DNA from: an uncultured bacterium | Lineage (GTDB): Bacteria > Patescibacteriota > Minisyncoccia > SW-4-49-11 | Reading direction: 5' to 3' | NCBI GenBank assembly: GCA_937864235.1 | Contig: CALMJI010000012.1 | Location: 942-64,941, forward strand | DNA: 64,000 nt | Shown: in pieces, positions 19,140 through 28,978 of the stretch | Layout of the letters: every line of letters begins with the position of its first letter | Numbering within the stretch: the stretch's first letter is position 1 | The notes under the pieces: model-generated | Seen by the model: the letters and a program-made list of their open reading frames with translations, nothing else | What the model was told of the DNA's origin: nothing | Databases searched by the model: none | Made by a program: the position numbers and the translations under genes

Positions 19140-20447
19140 ATGAAATCTCTGATATATCAAATTTTAAAATATTCCAGTAAAAAATTATTAAAAAGATATA
19201 ATCCTACAATTATAGGTGTTGTTGGTAATGTCGGTAAAACTAGTATGAGGGCTAATATGGTTTTATTTTTGGAGCAATTCAGTCCAGTTGGTACGAATAT
19301 TGATAATTATAATACACCTATCGGTATTACTTTATCTTTTATGGATGAAAAATATCCGGGTAAGAATATTTTTGCATGGCTTAGAATTATATTCAAAGCT
19401 TTATCTAAATCTTGGTTTGGGGATAGTGAATTCGCTCCAATTTGGGTTTTAGAAATTGGAGTGGATAGTCCAGGAGATATGGATGAGTTTATTACTGATT
19501 TCTTGGAATTTGATGTGGTGGTATTTGGGTTTATTGGTGAACATCCTGTGCATCTAGCTCAATTTAAAGACAAAAAACAATTAATAAAGGAAGATGCTAA
19601 AATATTAAGAGCATTAAAATCTGATGGCACTCTCATCATAGATGGGGATGACTCCGTATTAAAACCTATTTATCGTAAAAGAGATAATGTGATTACTTTT
19701 GGGTTTGGAGATACTAATATTAAAGCTTCGGATTTCAAGGTTGCCATTGAAGTTATGAATACAGAAGATAGATGGTCTAATTATCATAGTAGTATAGTTC
19801 CTAAGGGTAAGTTTAAAGTTGAATATAAAGGAAGTAGCATCCCATTTCAAGTAGAATATGTTTTGGGTAAGCATCAAGTTAACTCAATTCTACCTTCAAT
19901 TGCTTTAGGGTTGGTGGATGGTATGAATCTGGTTGATATCTCACAGCAAGTTCAGAGAATAGTTCCGGTTAAAGGGCGATTGAGATGTTTGGAAGGAATT
20001 AAAGATACTTTACTGATAGATGATACTTATAATTCAGCTCCTGCTGCAATGGCTATGGCTCTAGATTCTTTGTCTAGATTAAAAGCAAAGGGAGTTCGTA
20101 AGGTTGCTATTTTGGGTGAAATGAAGGAATTAGGTAGTGAATCAAAAGCTATTCATCAAGATATAGGTTCTCTAGCAGCAGAAACAGTGGATGTTTGTAT
20201 TGGTGTGGGTGAGGATGCAAAAGATATTTTACTATCTTTCCATAAAAATAATCCTAAGGGTCTTTATCATTGGTTTTCTAATTCTGAGGAAGCAGCTTCA
20301 CAAATAGTTGACTTTATTACTCCAGATGATATTATATTAGTAAAGGGATCTCAGTCCTCAAGAATGGAAAAAGTATCTGCAGTATTATTGGCTAACAAAA
20401 GATACCGTACAGAATTATTGACTAGACAATCAGAGGAGTGGATTTAA
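19140..20447 (+). CDS. murF: Mur ligase, MurF-like (UDP-MurNAc-tripeptide--D-Ala-D-Ala ligase)
   Basis: G..GKTS P-loop and C-terminal DDTYNSAPAAM (MurF DxxYNANP-like). Confidence 0.6.
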   Translation: MKSLIYQILKYSSKKLLKRYNPTIIGVVGNVGKTSMRANMVLFLEQFSPVGTNIDNYNTPIGITLSFMDEKYPGKNIFAWLRIIFKALSKSWFGDSEFAPIWVLEIGVDSPGDMDEFITDFLEFDVVVFGFIGEHPVHLAQFKDKKQLIKEDAKILRALKSDGTLIIDGDDSVLKPIYRKRDNVITFGFGDTNIKASDFKVAIEVMNTEDRWSNYHSSIVPKGKFKVEYKGSSIPFQVEYVLGKHQVNSILPSIALGLVDGMNLVDISQQVQRIVPVKGRLRCLEGIKDTLLIDDTYNSAPAAMAMALDSLSRLKAKGVRKVAILGEMKELGSESKAIHQDIGSLAAETVDVCIGVGEDAKDILLSFHKNNPKGLYHWFSNSEEAASQIVDFITPDDIILVKGSQSSRMEKVSAVLLANKRYRTELLTRQSEEWI

Positions 20448-20464
20448 ATGTAGGTTAAAAATAT

Positions 20465-20683
20465 ATGAAAAAAACAGATAAATCTTTCAAACAAGCTTTT
20501 TCTGAATTAGAACAGCTGACTCAAGAATTAGAAAATAATGATGCTCTTGAGTTAGAAAAAGGAGTTAAGTTATTTGAGCAGGGTATGGAGCTGGCTCAAA
20601 TATGCAAATCCAAACTAAGTATAATGGAGAATAAAATTATTAACATAAAGAATAAATATGCCAATAACAATGAAAAAGATTAA
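20465..20683 (+). CDS. xseB: exodeoxyribonuclease VII small subunit
   Basis: 72-aa helical protein, FEQGMELAQICKSKL motif typical of XseB. Confidence 0.55.
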   Translation: MKKTDKSFKQAFSELEQLTQELENNDALELEKGVKLFEQGMELAQICKSKLSIMENKIINIKNKYANNNEKD

Positions 20684-22490
20684 AAATCACCTATCTATAT
20701 TAGCTGTAGCTATATTTATATCTCCAGTACTTTCTTATGCACAGACTTTAGATAATAACATTGTCTCCACCAAATGCGACATAGCTAATTATGAAGAGCA
20801 ATTAGCAGATAATTTGTATTTGGTTAATAAAAATGATAGTAAGCACACCTGTATCGTTAGCTCTACTCCAGACCAAAGAATATATTTAGCTGCAAATGAT
20901 ACTAATTATGCTACTCAATGGTCATTAAGAAATACAGGACAATCTATTTTAGGTCAATCCGGTATCTCTGGAATTGATATTGATTTTGCTAATGCTTATC
21001 CCAAAATAGCTAATGTACCTAAAGGTAATACTAAAATAGCAGTCATTGATACGGGGGTTACTATTATTCCAGAGCTTTCAGGACAAGTTATATCTGGCTA
21101 TAATGCTATAAATAATTCTAATAATGCAAGTGATGATAATGGTCATGGGACATTTGTATCTAGCATTATTGCCTCTAGAGTTAATAATAATTCAGGGATT
21201 GCTGGGGTTAATGATAGAGTAAATATTATTCCAATTAAAGTTTTAGATTCTGCAGGTACTGGATTTTTATCTGATCTCATTAAAGGTATTCAATATGCTA
21301 TAGATCAAAATGCTAATATAATTAATTTGAGTCTTGCCTCTACTTCCTTTAGTTCTGTACTTAATAATATTATTGAAGAAGCTTATCAAAAAGGTATTAT
21401 TGTAGTAGCTGCAGCAGGTAATTCAGGGGTTAATATTACCTCTCCCAGTGTTTCTCCACTCAACAATGATGGGAATAAAAATTGGGTTGTTGGTGTTGAA
21501 GCTTTAGATAATAAAGGTAATAGACCAAGCTATTCTAATTATGGAGTAGGAATAGATGTTGTAGCTCCTGGGGATAAAATTATAGGATATAATAACAATA
21601 ATGCTTTGGAATATAGATCAGGTACATCAATGGCATCAGCTGTAGTCGCGGGGGTCCTATCGGCTTGGAGAGATTATTATGGAAGTCTTAATACTGATGA
21701 AGCTCATAACCTTATTAATAGTAATAGTAAGTCCGGTAAACTTATTTCTATGGATAATGCAATGATTAGAAGAAGTTATCCAAACGGTTCTCTTATAAGA
21801 ACATCTAACTCTGGAGTATATGTAGTTAAACAGGGTGTGAAAAGACCAATTATTGATCCAATCATTTTTCTTTCATATTATTATAAATGGCAAGATATTA
21901 TAGTTATTAGTGATGCGAGTTTTAACTCTATTCCTACGGGTGAAGCTATGCCTTTAAGAGAAGGTTCTTTGATAGCCGATAGAGATAAAGTTTATGTAAT
22001 AGAACAAGGTATGAAAAGACCAATTGCTTCTCCTGAAGTATTTTTGGGATTGGGATATAAATGGGGTAATATATCTACTCCTTCTAATGCGGTACTGAGT
22101 CTACATCCTACAGGCTCTATCCTTTCAGATACAAATCAAATTCCAAATGGTAGTGTGGTTTTTGCTGAAGGTACAGGAGCATATCTTATTGCAAATGGTA
22201 AAAAAAGACCTTTTTCCACCCCATATACTTATTTGACTAGATATAGTTGGAATGATTTGATGAAAATACGACGTGACTTGTTAGATTCTTTTCCTACTAC
22301 TACTGAAGTTTATCCACAAGAGGGTTCAATTATTAGAGATGAAGGAGCAGTATATTGGGTAGAAAATAATACAAAAAGACCATTTGCCTCACCTAGTGCT
22401 TTTCTCGGGCTTGGACTTTCTTGGGGTATAGTCATATATCCTCCTTTACCAGTATTGAATAGTCTGTCTAGAGGTGATATTATAAGATAA
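20658..22490 (+). CDS. secreted subtilisin-like (S8) serine protease with four C-terminal tandem repeats of about 60 aa
   Basis: Signal peptide; catalytic triad contexts VIDTGV / HGTFVSS / GTSMASA; four repeats of the pattern VY.V..G.KRP..SP..FL..GY.W. Confidence 0.85.
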   Translation: MPITMKKIKNHLSILAVAIFISPVLSYAQTLDNNIVSTKCDIANYEEQLADNLYLVNKNDSKHTCIVSSTPDQRIYLAANDTNYATQWSLRNTGQSILGQSGISGIDIDFANAYPKIANVPKGNTKIAVIDTGVTIIPELSGQVISGYNAINNSNNASDDNGHGTFVSSIIASRVNNNSGIAGVNDRVNIIPIKVLDSAGTGFLSDLIKGIQYAIDQNANIINLSLASTSFSSVLNNIIEEAYQKGIIVVAAAGNSGVNITSPSVSPLNNDGNKNWVVGVEALDNKGNRPSYSNYGVGIDVVAPGDKIIGYNNNNALEYRSGTSMASAVVAGVLSAWRDYYGSLNTDEAHNLINSNSKSGKLISMDNAMIRRSYPNGSLIRTSNSGVYVVKQGVKRPIIDPIIFLSYYYKWQDIIVISDASFNSIPTGEAMPLREGSLIADRDKVYVIEQGMKRPIASPEVFLGLGYKWGNISTPSNAVLSLHPTGSILSDTNQIPNGSVVFAEGTGAYLIANGKKRPFSTPYTYLTRYSWNDLMKIRRDLLDSFPTTTEVYPQEGSIIRDEGAVYWVENNTKRPFASPSAFLGLGLSWGIVIYPPLPVLNSLSRGDIIR

Positions 22491-22515
22491 ATATTATTAG
22501 TAAAATATATATATT

Positions 22516-23544
22516 ATGAAAAAAAGAATAGCTATTAATGGATTTGGTAGAATTGGCAGAACAGTATTAAAAATCTCCCTTCTGCCACCATATAATGAAC
22601 AGTTAGAAATTGTAGCAGTTAATGATCTAGGTGATGTGCAAAATCTAGCCTATTTAGTAAAATATGACTCTGTATATGGTACAATTCCACAGGATGTATC
22701 AGTGATAGAAAGAGAAGGTAAGCCATATATCAAAATTGATAAGCAGGAGATATTAGTTTGTTCTGAGAGAGAGCCTTCTAATTTGCCTTGGGGATCTTTA
22801 GGAATTGATGTTGTGATTGAGTCAACTGGATTCTTTACCAGTACAGAAAAATCTCAAGCTCATATTACAGCTGGTGCAAAAAGAGTGGTTATCTCAGCTC
22901 CTACTAAAGATGAAACTCCAATGATAACTCCTGCTTTGAATGAAGAACTACTAAAAGATGTGGTTATTAGTTCCAATGCTTCTTGTACTACTAATGCTAC
23001 AAATCCAGTAGCTGCTGTGATTCATGAAGCACTAGGTATTGAAAAAGCTTTATTATCAACGGTACATGCCTATACTGCTACTCAGTCATTGGTAGATGGT
23101 ATGGCTGATCCTAGTGATTTGAGAAGAGGTAGAGCAGGAGCTCAAAACATTATACCATCCACTACTGGAGCTGCTAAAGCTGTTAGTAAAGTTATTCCAG
23201 ACTTAACTAATAAATTTGATGGGGTAGCTGTCAGAGTCCCTGTAGTGGCTGGCTCTTTGATAGATTTGACTATGTTAGTATCTAGAGATACAACAGTTGA
23301 TGAAATTAATCAAATTTTAACTAATGCTGCTGAATCAGAAAAATGGAAGGGAATTCTAGGTGTAACCAAAGACCCAATTGTATCTACAGACATATTAAAA
23401 TCTTCTTATGGTAGCTTAGTAGCTCTTGATATGACTCAAGTAGTAGATGGAGATCTGATTAAAGTGATGGCTTGGTATGATAATGAATGGAGTTATACTT
23501 CTATGTTAATGAAGCATGTTAGTACTGTACTGAATTTATTATAA
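22516..23544 (+). CDS. gap: glyceraldehyde-3-phosphate dehydrogenase
   Basis: INGFGRIGR Rossmann start, SNASCTTN catalytic Cys motif. Confidence 0.9.
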   Translation: MKKRIAINGFGRIGRTVLKISLLPPYNEQLEIVAVNDLGDVQNLAYLVKYDSVYGTIPQDVSVIEREGKPYIKIDKQEILVCSEREPSNLPWGSLGIDVVIESTGFFTSTEKSQAHITAGAKRVVISAPTKDETPMITPALNEELLKDVVISSNASCTTNATNPVAAVIHEALGIEKALLSTVHAYTATQSLVDGMADPSDLRRGRAGAQNIIPSTTGAAKAVSKVIPDLTNKFDGVAVRVPVVAGSLIDLTMLVSRDTTVDEINQILTNAAESEKWKGILGVTKDPIVSTDILKSSYGSLVALDMTQVVDGDLIKVMAWYDNEWSYTSMLMKHVSTVLNLL

Positions 23545-23596
23545 GAAATTTATATAAATTATGGTATAATATATATAAGATTAGATATTTTTTGAT

Positions 23597-23974
23597 ATGT
23601 CTACTGTATTTACAAAAATAAGAGAAGGCGAAATCCCAGGATTTATATTTGATGATAATGGTGAATTCTTTGTGATTCATACAAATAATCCTATTCAGTT
23701 AGGTCATTTGTTAGTTATTCCATATTTGGAGATAGATTATATTTTTGATTTAGATAATGTTACATATAATAAGCTTTGGGAGTATGTGAAAAATATTTCT
23801 ATTCGTTTACAAAAAATTACTAATGCTAAAAAAATTGCAATCAAAGTGGAAGGTTTAGAAGTAAATCATGTGCATATACACCTCATTCCAATTAATAATC
23901 CTGGAGATTTATTAGTGCATACTAATGTTACAGATCAGGAAATCTTAGATTTAAAGAATAAGTTCAAAAATTAA
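23597..23974 (+). CDS. HIT-family hydrolase
   Basis: Histidine triad NHVHIHLIP. Confidence 0.7.
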   Translation: MSTVFTKIREGEIPGFIFDDNGEFFVIHTNNPIQLGHLLVIPYLEIDYIFDLDNVTYNKLWEYVKNISIRLQKITNAKKIAIKVEGLEVNHVHIHLIPINNPGDLLVHTNVTDQEILDLKNKFKN

Positions 23975-23977
23975 GCT

Positions 23978-26128
23978 ATGCCAAAAACTCAGACTAGTTC
24001 TAAACCTAAAATAAAAACTGAAGCTAAAAGAACTATATTTGGTGTTGTATTCGTAGCCTTTGCTATATTAAGTTTTTTAGCCTTTTTTTCTTCAGCTGGA
24101 ATTTTTGGTAACAGTATTAATAAAGGATTTGGGTTTTTATTCGGGATAGGGAAATTCATACTACCATTCGTATTATTGTATATAGGTATTAAATTATTGG
24201 TCAAACCAAAGACTGTCACAAGTTTATATTATGTTAAGCTAGTATCTCTGTTTCTAGCATTTCTTTTGTTTTTAGGTTTATTACAGTTTTTACAATTTGA
24301 TAATTCAGAAGAAGCTTTGAATAATGCTAAAAACGGTATGGGTGGAGGATATATAGGATACTATACAAGTTCGTGGATCAGATATATATTTGGTGAAATT
24401 GGTGGTATAATAGCAATGATAACTGGTATAAGTATAGCAGCTATTATTGTTCTTAATAGAGCAATACATATTGATGGTGTACTTGAGTGGTTTAGTGCTA
24501 TATTTGCCAATAATGAATCGATAGATAATCCTAATGAGAATGAAAAAGAAACTTCTAATGTACAGCCTAGCATAATATTTAATCAAAAATCTGAAGCGGA
24601 AGAATTAACAGAGAAATCTAATCCAGAAAGTACAAAATCTATCATTAATAAAACTCCTGAGTGGATGAAAGAAAATCAGTTTAGTTTACCGACAGTAGAT
24701 TTATTAGAAAAAGGAAAGTCAGATGATGGTCCCAAAAGTGGAGATACCAAAAAAAGTTCTGAAATTATTAAAAATACATTATCTACTTTTGGAATTGAAG
24801 TTGAAATGGGTAAAATAGATGTTGGTCCCTCTGTAACTAGATTTATGCTTAGGCCTTCTAATGGTATAAAATTATCTCGTATTACTTCTTTACAAAATGA
24901 TTTGGCTTTGGCTATGGCAGCACAGTCTATTCGTATTGAAGCTCCAATTCCGGGTATGTCTTATGTGGGTGTGGAAACTCCCAACGCAAAACGAGCTACT
25001 GTCAGAATGAGAGAAATTATGGAATCAAGAGAATTTAATGATAATGATTTTCATCTACCACTTGCATTGGGGCGTGATGTGATGAATAAAGTAGTTGTAT
25101 TCCCTCTAGAAAAAATGCCACATTTATTAATTGCTGGAGCTACTGGGGCTGGTAAATCTATGGGGCTAAATGCAATGATACTTAGTATGTTATATAAAAA
25201 TCCACCTTCTAAGTTGAAGTTTATATTTATTGACCCTAAAAGAGTAGAGCTATCAACCTATAATGGTATTCCTCATCTTCTCACTCCAGCTATTGTAAGC
25301 CCAGAAAAAGCAATGAATGCTTTAAATTGGTGTGTTGGAGAAATGGAAAAACGATATGAAATTTTAGCAAGAGTAGGAGCTAGAAATATATTTACATATA
25401 ATGAAAAAATTGTAGCTGGTACTCTAAAGTCAGAAGATGGTCAAGAATATGAGTTAATGCCCTTTATAGTTGTTGTAATTGATGAGTTAGCTGACCTTAT
25501 GAGTAGTCATAAAAAAGAAGTTGAAGGTTCAATTGTGAGAATAGCACAGATGGCAAGAGCAGTTGGTATACATTTGATTTTAGCAACACAGAGGCCATCT
25601 ACTGATGTTATTACAGGGCTTATTAAAGCTAATCTTCCATCTAGAGTTAGCTTTCAAGTAGCATCTCAAATTGACTCTAGAACTGTACTCGATATGATGG
25701 GAGCTGAAAAATTATTAGGAATGGGAGATATGTTATTTTTGGGTGGAGATTTAGGTAAACCACAAAGAATACAAGGACCTTTTGTACCTGAGAATGAAGT
25801 GAAATCAGTGGTCAAATGGCTCAAAAGTCAAGGAGAAAATGAATATGATAACTCTATTACTGAGTCTGAATCTCCAAAACAAATTTATTATGACGGAGGA
25901 GTAGAATATGGTGGTGAGGGTACAGATACATTATTTGAAGAAGCTAAAGATTTAGTGTTACAAACCGGTAAAGGCTCTGCCTCTCTTTTGCAAAGACGAT
26001 TAAAAATAGGATATGCTAGGGCGGCTAGACTATTGGATGAATTGGAGGAGTTTGGTATTGTTGGGCCTGCAGAGGGTTCTAAGCCTAGAGATGTATTGAT
26101 TGATAAGCACACTGTAGATAATGAGTAA
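23978..26128 (+). CDS. ftsK: DNA translocase FtsK/SpoIIIE
   Basis: N-terminal TM helices, Walker A GATGAGKS, C-terminal winged-helix gamma domain. Confidence 0.9.
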   Translation: MPKTQTSSKPKIKTEAKRTIFGVVFVAFAILSFLAFFSSAGIFGNSINKGFGFLFGIGKFILPFVLLYIGIKLLVKPKTVTSLYYVKLVSLFLAFLLFLGLLQFLQFDNSEEALNNAKNGMGGGYIGYYTSSWIRYIFGEIGGIIAMITGISIAAIIVLNRAIHIDGVLEWFSAIFANNESIDNPNENEKETSNVQPSIIFNQKSEAEELTEKSNPESTKSIINKTPEWMKENQFSLPTVDLLEKGKSDDGPKSGDTKKSSEIIKNTLSTFGIEVEMGKIDVGPSVTRFMLRPSNGIKLSRITSLQNDLALAMAAQSIRIEAPIPGMSYVGVETPNAKRATVRMREIMESREFNDNDFHLPLALGRDVMNKVVVFPLEKMPHLLIAGATGAGKSMGLNAMILSMLYKNPPSKLKFIFIDPKRVELSTYNGIPHLLTPAIVSPEKAMNALNWCVGEMEKRYEILARVGARNIFTYNEKIVAGTLKSEDGQEYELMPFIVVVIDELADLMSSHKKEVEGSIVRIAQMARAVGIHLILATQRPSTDVITGLIKANLPSRVSFQVASQIDSRTVLDMMGAEKLLGMGDMLFLGGDLGKPQRIQGPFVPENEVKSVVKWLKSQGENEYDNSITESESPKQIYYDGGVEYGGEGTDTLFEEAKDLVLQTGKGSASLLQRRLKIGYARAARLLDELEEFGIVGPAEGSKPRDVLIDKHTVDNE

Positions 26129-26750
26129 ACAGAAAATAACTTTAGGATATATATTAAAAAAATATAGGTCTAAATATAATTTAGATATAGATAGATTATC
26201 TCATAAGATATCTACAGAAGTAGACTATATTATAGCTTTGGAGAAAGGAAATTATAGATTTTTTACATCTTTTAATCAAGCCTTACCTATTATTAGAAAA
26301 TTAAGTTATGTTTTGGGTTTGAAGTATCAAAGTTTAGTTGATTTATATAATAAAGAATATGAATTTTATATAAATAATAAGTATAAAGATAACCCTAAAT
26401 CAAAATTGGTTATCAATTATAGTATATTCAAGTTTAGTGCGGGCATAATAATATCGGGTATTATTATAGGGTACCTTGTTTTACAGGTATATCAGATGAG
26501 ATATAGTCCAGTAATTAATTTAGAAAATAACCAGCTCTATCAAATTTATAATCAGAATGAATATACTTTAGCTGGGAATATATCAAGAGCCACTAATTTG
26601 ACATTAAATGGACAAAAGGTTACAATTAAAGAAGATGGTGGTTTTGAGGTATTGTTAAATTTAAGGCAGGGTGAGAATAGACTTGATTTAGTCGTACAGA
26701 AGGATGATAAGATACTAAAAACCATACAAAAAACAATTTATAGACAATAA
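26121..26750 (+). CDS. bitopic protein, RodZ-like architecture (cytoplasmic HTH-like N-terminus, one TM, extracytoplasmic C-domain)
   Basis: Topology only; overlaps ftsK by 8 nt. Confidence 0.3.
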   Translation: MSKQKITLGYILKKYRSKYNLDIDRLSHKISTEVDYIIALEKGNYRFFTSFNQALPIIRKLSYVLGLKYQSLVDLYNKEYEFYINNKYKDNPKSKLVINYSIFKFSAGIIISGIIIGYLVLQVYQMRYSPVINLENNQLYQIYNQNEYTLAGNISRATNLTLNGQKVTIKEDGGFEVLLNLRQGENRLDLVVQKDDKILKTIQKTIYRQ

Positions 26751-26751
26751 T

Positions 26752-27996
26752 ATGCAAATTAAAAATATTCAAGGTTACGAAATATTAGACTCTAGAGGAA
26801 ATCCAACAACGGCCTGTGTGGTTGAGTTAATTGATGGAACTAAGGCAAGAGCTTATGTCCCATCTGGAGCATCGACTGGCTCTCATGAAGCAGTGGAATT
26901 AAGGGATGGAGATAAACACAGGTATAATGGGCTGGGAGTTTTGAATGCAGTCTCTAATATTAATACTGAGATTAAAGATAATTTGATTGGCATGGATGCT
27001 TATTATCAAAAAGAAATAGACCATAGATTAATCAATTTGGATGGCACCAATAATAAAGCAAGACTAGGAGCAAATGCTATATTAGCAGTATCATTAGCAG
27101 TAGCTAGAGCTAGTGCTATGTCTCAGAATAAAGAACTATATCAATATATTCAAGAAATATTACAATTAGATGCAACTTTAGACAAATCATTCCCTCAAAT
27201 AGGCTTTAATGTTCTCAATGGTGGCAAACATGCAGATTCAGGCTTAGATGTCCAAGAATATATGATTATGCCTCTTAAGAACAACATTGAAGAAAATGTT
27301 CGTATTGGATCTGAAATATATCATACTTTAAAGAAGATTTTATCTAAAAATGGACAAGTTGTCTCAGTGGGAGATGAAGGAGGTTTTGCTCCAAGATTAG
27401 ACAGTAATGAAGAGGGTCTTAGTTTATTAGTACAAGCTATAAGTGAAGCTGGCTATGTTCCAGGAATAGATTGTGCCTTGGCGCTAGATGTCGCAGCTAC
27501 TGAATTTTTTGATAGTAATTCACAAAATTATACTTTTGACAAGAAGATTTACTCTGGAGCAGAATTAACATCTGTATATCAGAATTGGTTACAAAAATAT
27601 CCTATTGTTTCCATCGAGGATCCTTTCGCTGAGGATGATTATGATAACTGGAAGAATTTTCAGCAGTTAATGGATAATAAAATACGTATAGTCGGAGATG
27701 ATTTATTAGTAACTAATACTGAGCGCATAAAAGAAGCTATAGATCAAAAACTATGTAATTCTGTTCTAATAAAGCCAAATCAAATAGGAACTTTGACTGA
27801 GACATTAGAGGCAATTAATTTAGCTCATAATAATAATTTTAGCACAATGATATCCCATCGTAGCGGAGACACTATTGATACTTTTATAGCTGATTTAGCA
27901 GTAGGAGTCTCAGCTGGATATATTAAGTCTGGAGCTCCAGCTAGAGCCGAGCGAGTCAGTAAGTACAATAGATTATTAGAAATATATTATTCTTAA
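26752..27996 (+). CDS. eno: enolase
   Basis: N-terminal IQGYEILDSRGNPTTA and enolase catalytic-region motifs. Confidence 0.9.
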   Translation: MQIKNIQGYEILDSRGNPTTACVVELIDGTKARAYVPSGASTGSHEAVELRDGDKHRYNGLGVLNAVSNINTEIKDNLIGMDAYYQKEIDHRLINLDGTNNKARLGANAILAVSLAVARASAMSQNKELYQYIQEILQLDATLDKSFPQIGFNVLNGGKHADSGLDVQEYMIMPLKNNIEENVRIGSEIYHTLKKILSKNGQVVSVGDEGGFAPRLDSNEEGLSLLVQAISEAGYVPGIDCALALDVAATEFFDSNSQNYTFDKKIYSGAELTSVYQNWLQKYPIVSIEDPFAEDDYDNWKNFQQLMDNKIRIVGDDLLVTNTERIKEAIDQKLCNSVLIKPNQIGTLTETLEAINLAHNNNFSTMISHRSGDTIDTFIADLAVGVSAGYIKSGAPARAERVSKYNRLLEIYYS

Positions 27997-28006
27997 AGAT
28001 AAAATT

Positions 28007-28969
28007 ATGGAAACAAAATATAAAATATTAATAGTAGAAGACGATCCATTGATAAGAGAAATTTATTCTGGTAGATTAAGTTTAGATCAGGATATTGAGG
28101 TATATACAGCAGTAGATGGACTAGATGGTTTGAATAAGATTAGAGAAAATACATATGATTTGATATTCTCTGGTATCCAGATGCCTAATAAAACAGGGTT
28201 TGAATTGTATCAAGAATTACAAAATGACACTAAGCTATCTAATGTCCCATTTGTAATATTTAGTCACTTAGGAAGAGTCGAGGATATACAAAAGGCCAGA
28301 GAATTAGGAATTAAAAATTTTATTATTAGGGGAACAACTACTCCAGATGAAATAGCGACACAGATTAAAGATATTCTTAATAGATATAATAGTCTAGGGA
28401 ATTTTCATTCTAAGCAACATAAAATACTCATAGTAGAAGATGATCCAGAAATACGGTATATTTATAGGGATAGATTTGGTATGGAAAGTAAAATTATAGT
28501 TGAGGAGGCAGTAGATGGATTAGATGGTATTAATAAAATCAAAGAAAATGATTATGATTTAATCTTCTCTGGTATCCAAATGCCAAATAAAACTGGATTT
28601 GAATTGTATCAAGAGGTTGAGCAATTACAAGACAAGAAGCATATACCTATAGTTCTCTTTAGCCATCTTGGTAGATTGGAGGATATTGAAAAATCAAGAG
28701 AATTAGGTGTTAAATATTTTTTAATTAGGGGGCAGAACACTCCAAATGATATTTTAGGTCAAATATTAGCTATTTTGAATGCTCAAGACAAAGCATATAG
28801 ATTAAATATTCAAAAAAATTCTCCAGACTATTCAAAATTTATAGAAGCTTTTATGGGTAAAGATTGTATAGAGTATAAAGATATAGATAATATGCCAATT
28901 AGAATTATGTTAAGTAAAGATTTACACCCCTATACCTTTTTTATAGAATTAGATTGTGAGGATAAATAA
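28007..28969 (+). CDS. tandem-duplicated receiver-like (pseudo-REC) protein lacking the phospho-acceptor Asp
   Basis: Two copies of KILIVEDDP...YDLIFSGIQMPNKTGFELYQE...HLGR.EDI; the position of the conserved phosphorylatable Asp (DLI-x-x-D) is S-G in both copies. Confidence 0.7.
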   Translation: METKYKILIVEDDPLIREIYSGRLSLDQDIEVYTAVDGLDGLNKIRENTYDLIFSGIQMPNKTGFELYQELQNDTKLSNVPFVIFSHLGRVEDIQKARELGIKNFIIRGTTTPDEIATQIKDILNRYNSLGNFHSKQHKILIVEDDPEIRYIYRDRFGMESKIIVEEAVDGLDGINKIKENDYDLIFSGIQMPNKTGFELYQEVEQLQDKKHIPIVLFSHLGRLEDIEKSRELGVKYFLIRGQNTPNDILGQILAILNAQDKAYRLNIQKNSPDYSKFIEAFMGKDCIEYKDIDNMPIRIMLSKDLHPYTFFIELDCEDK

Positions 28970-28978
28970 TTACTTTTT

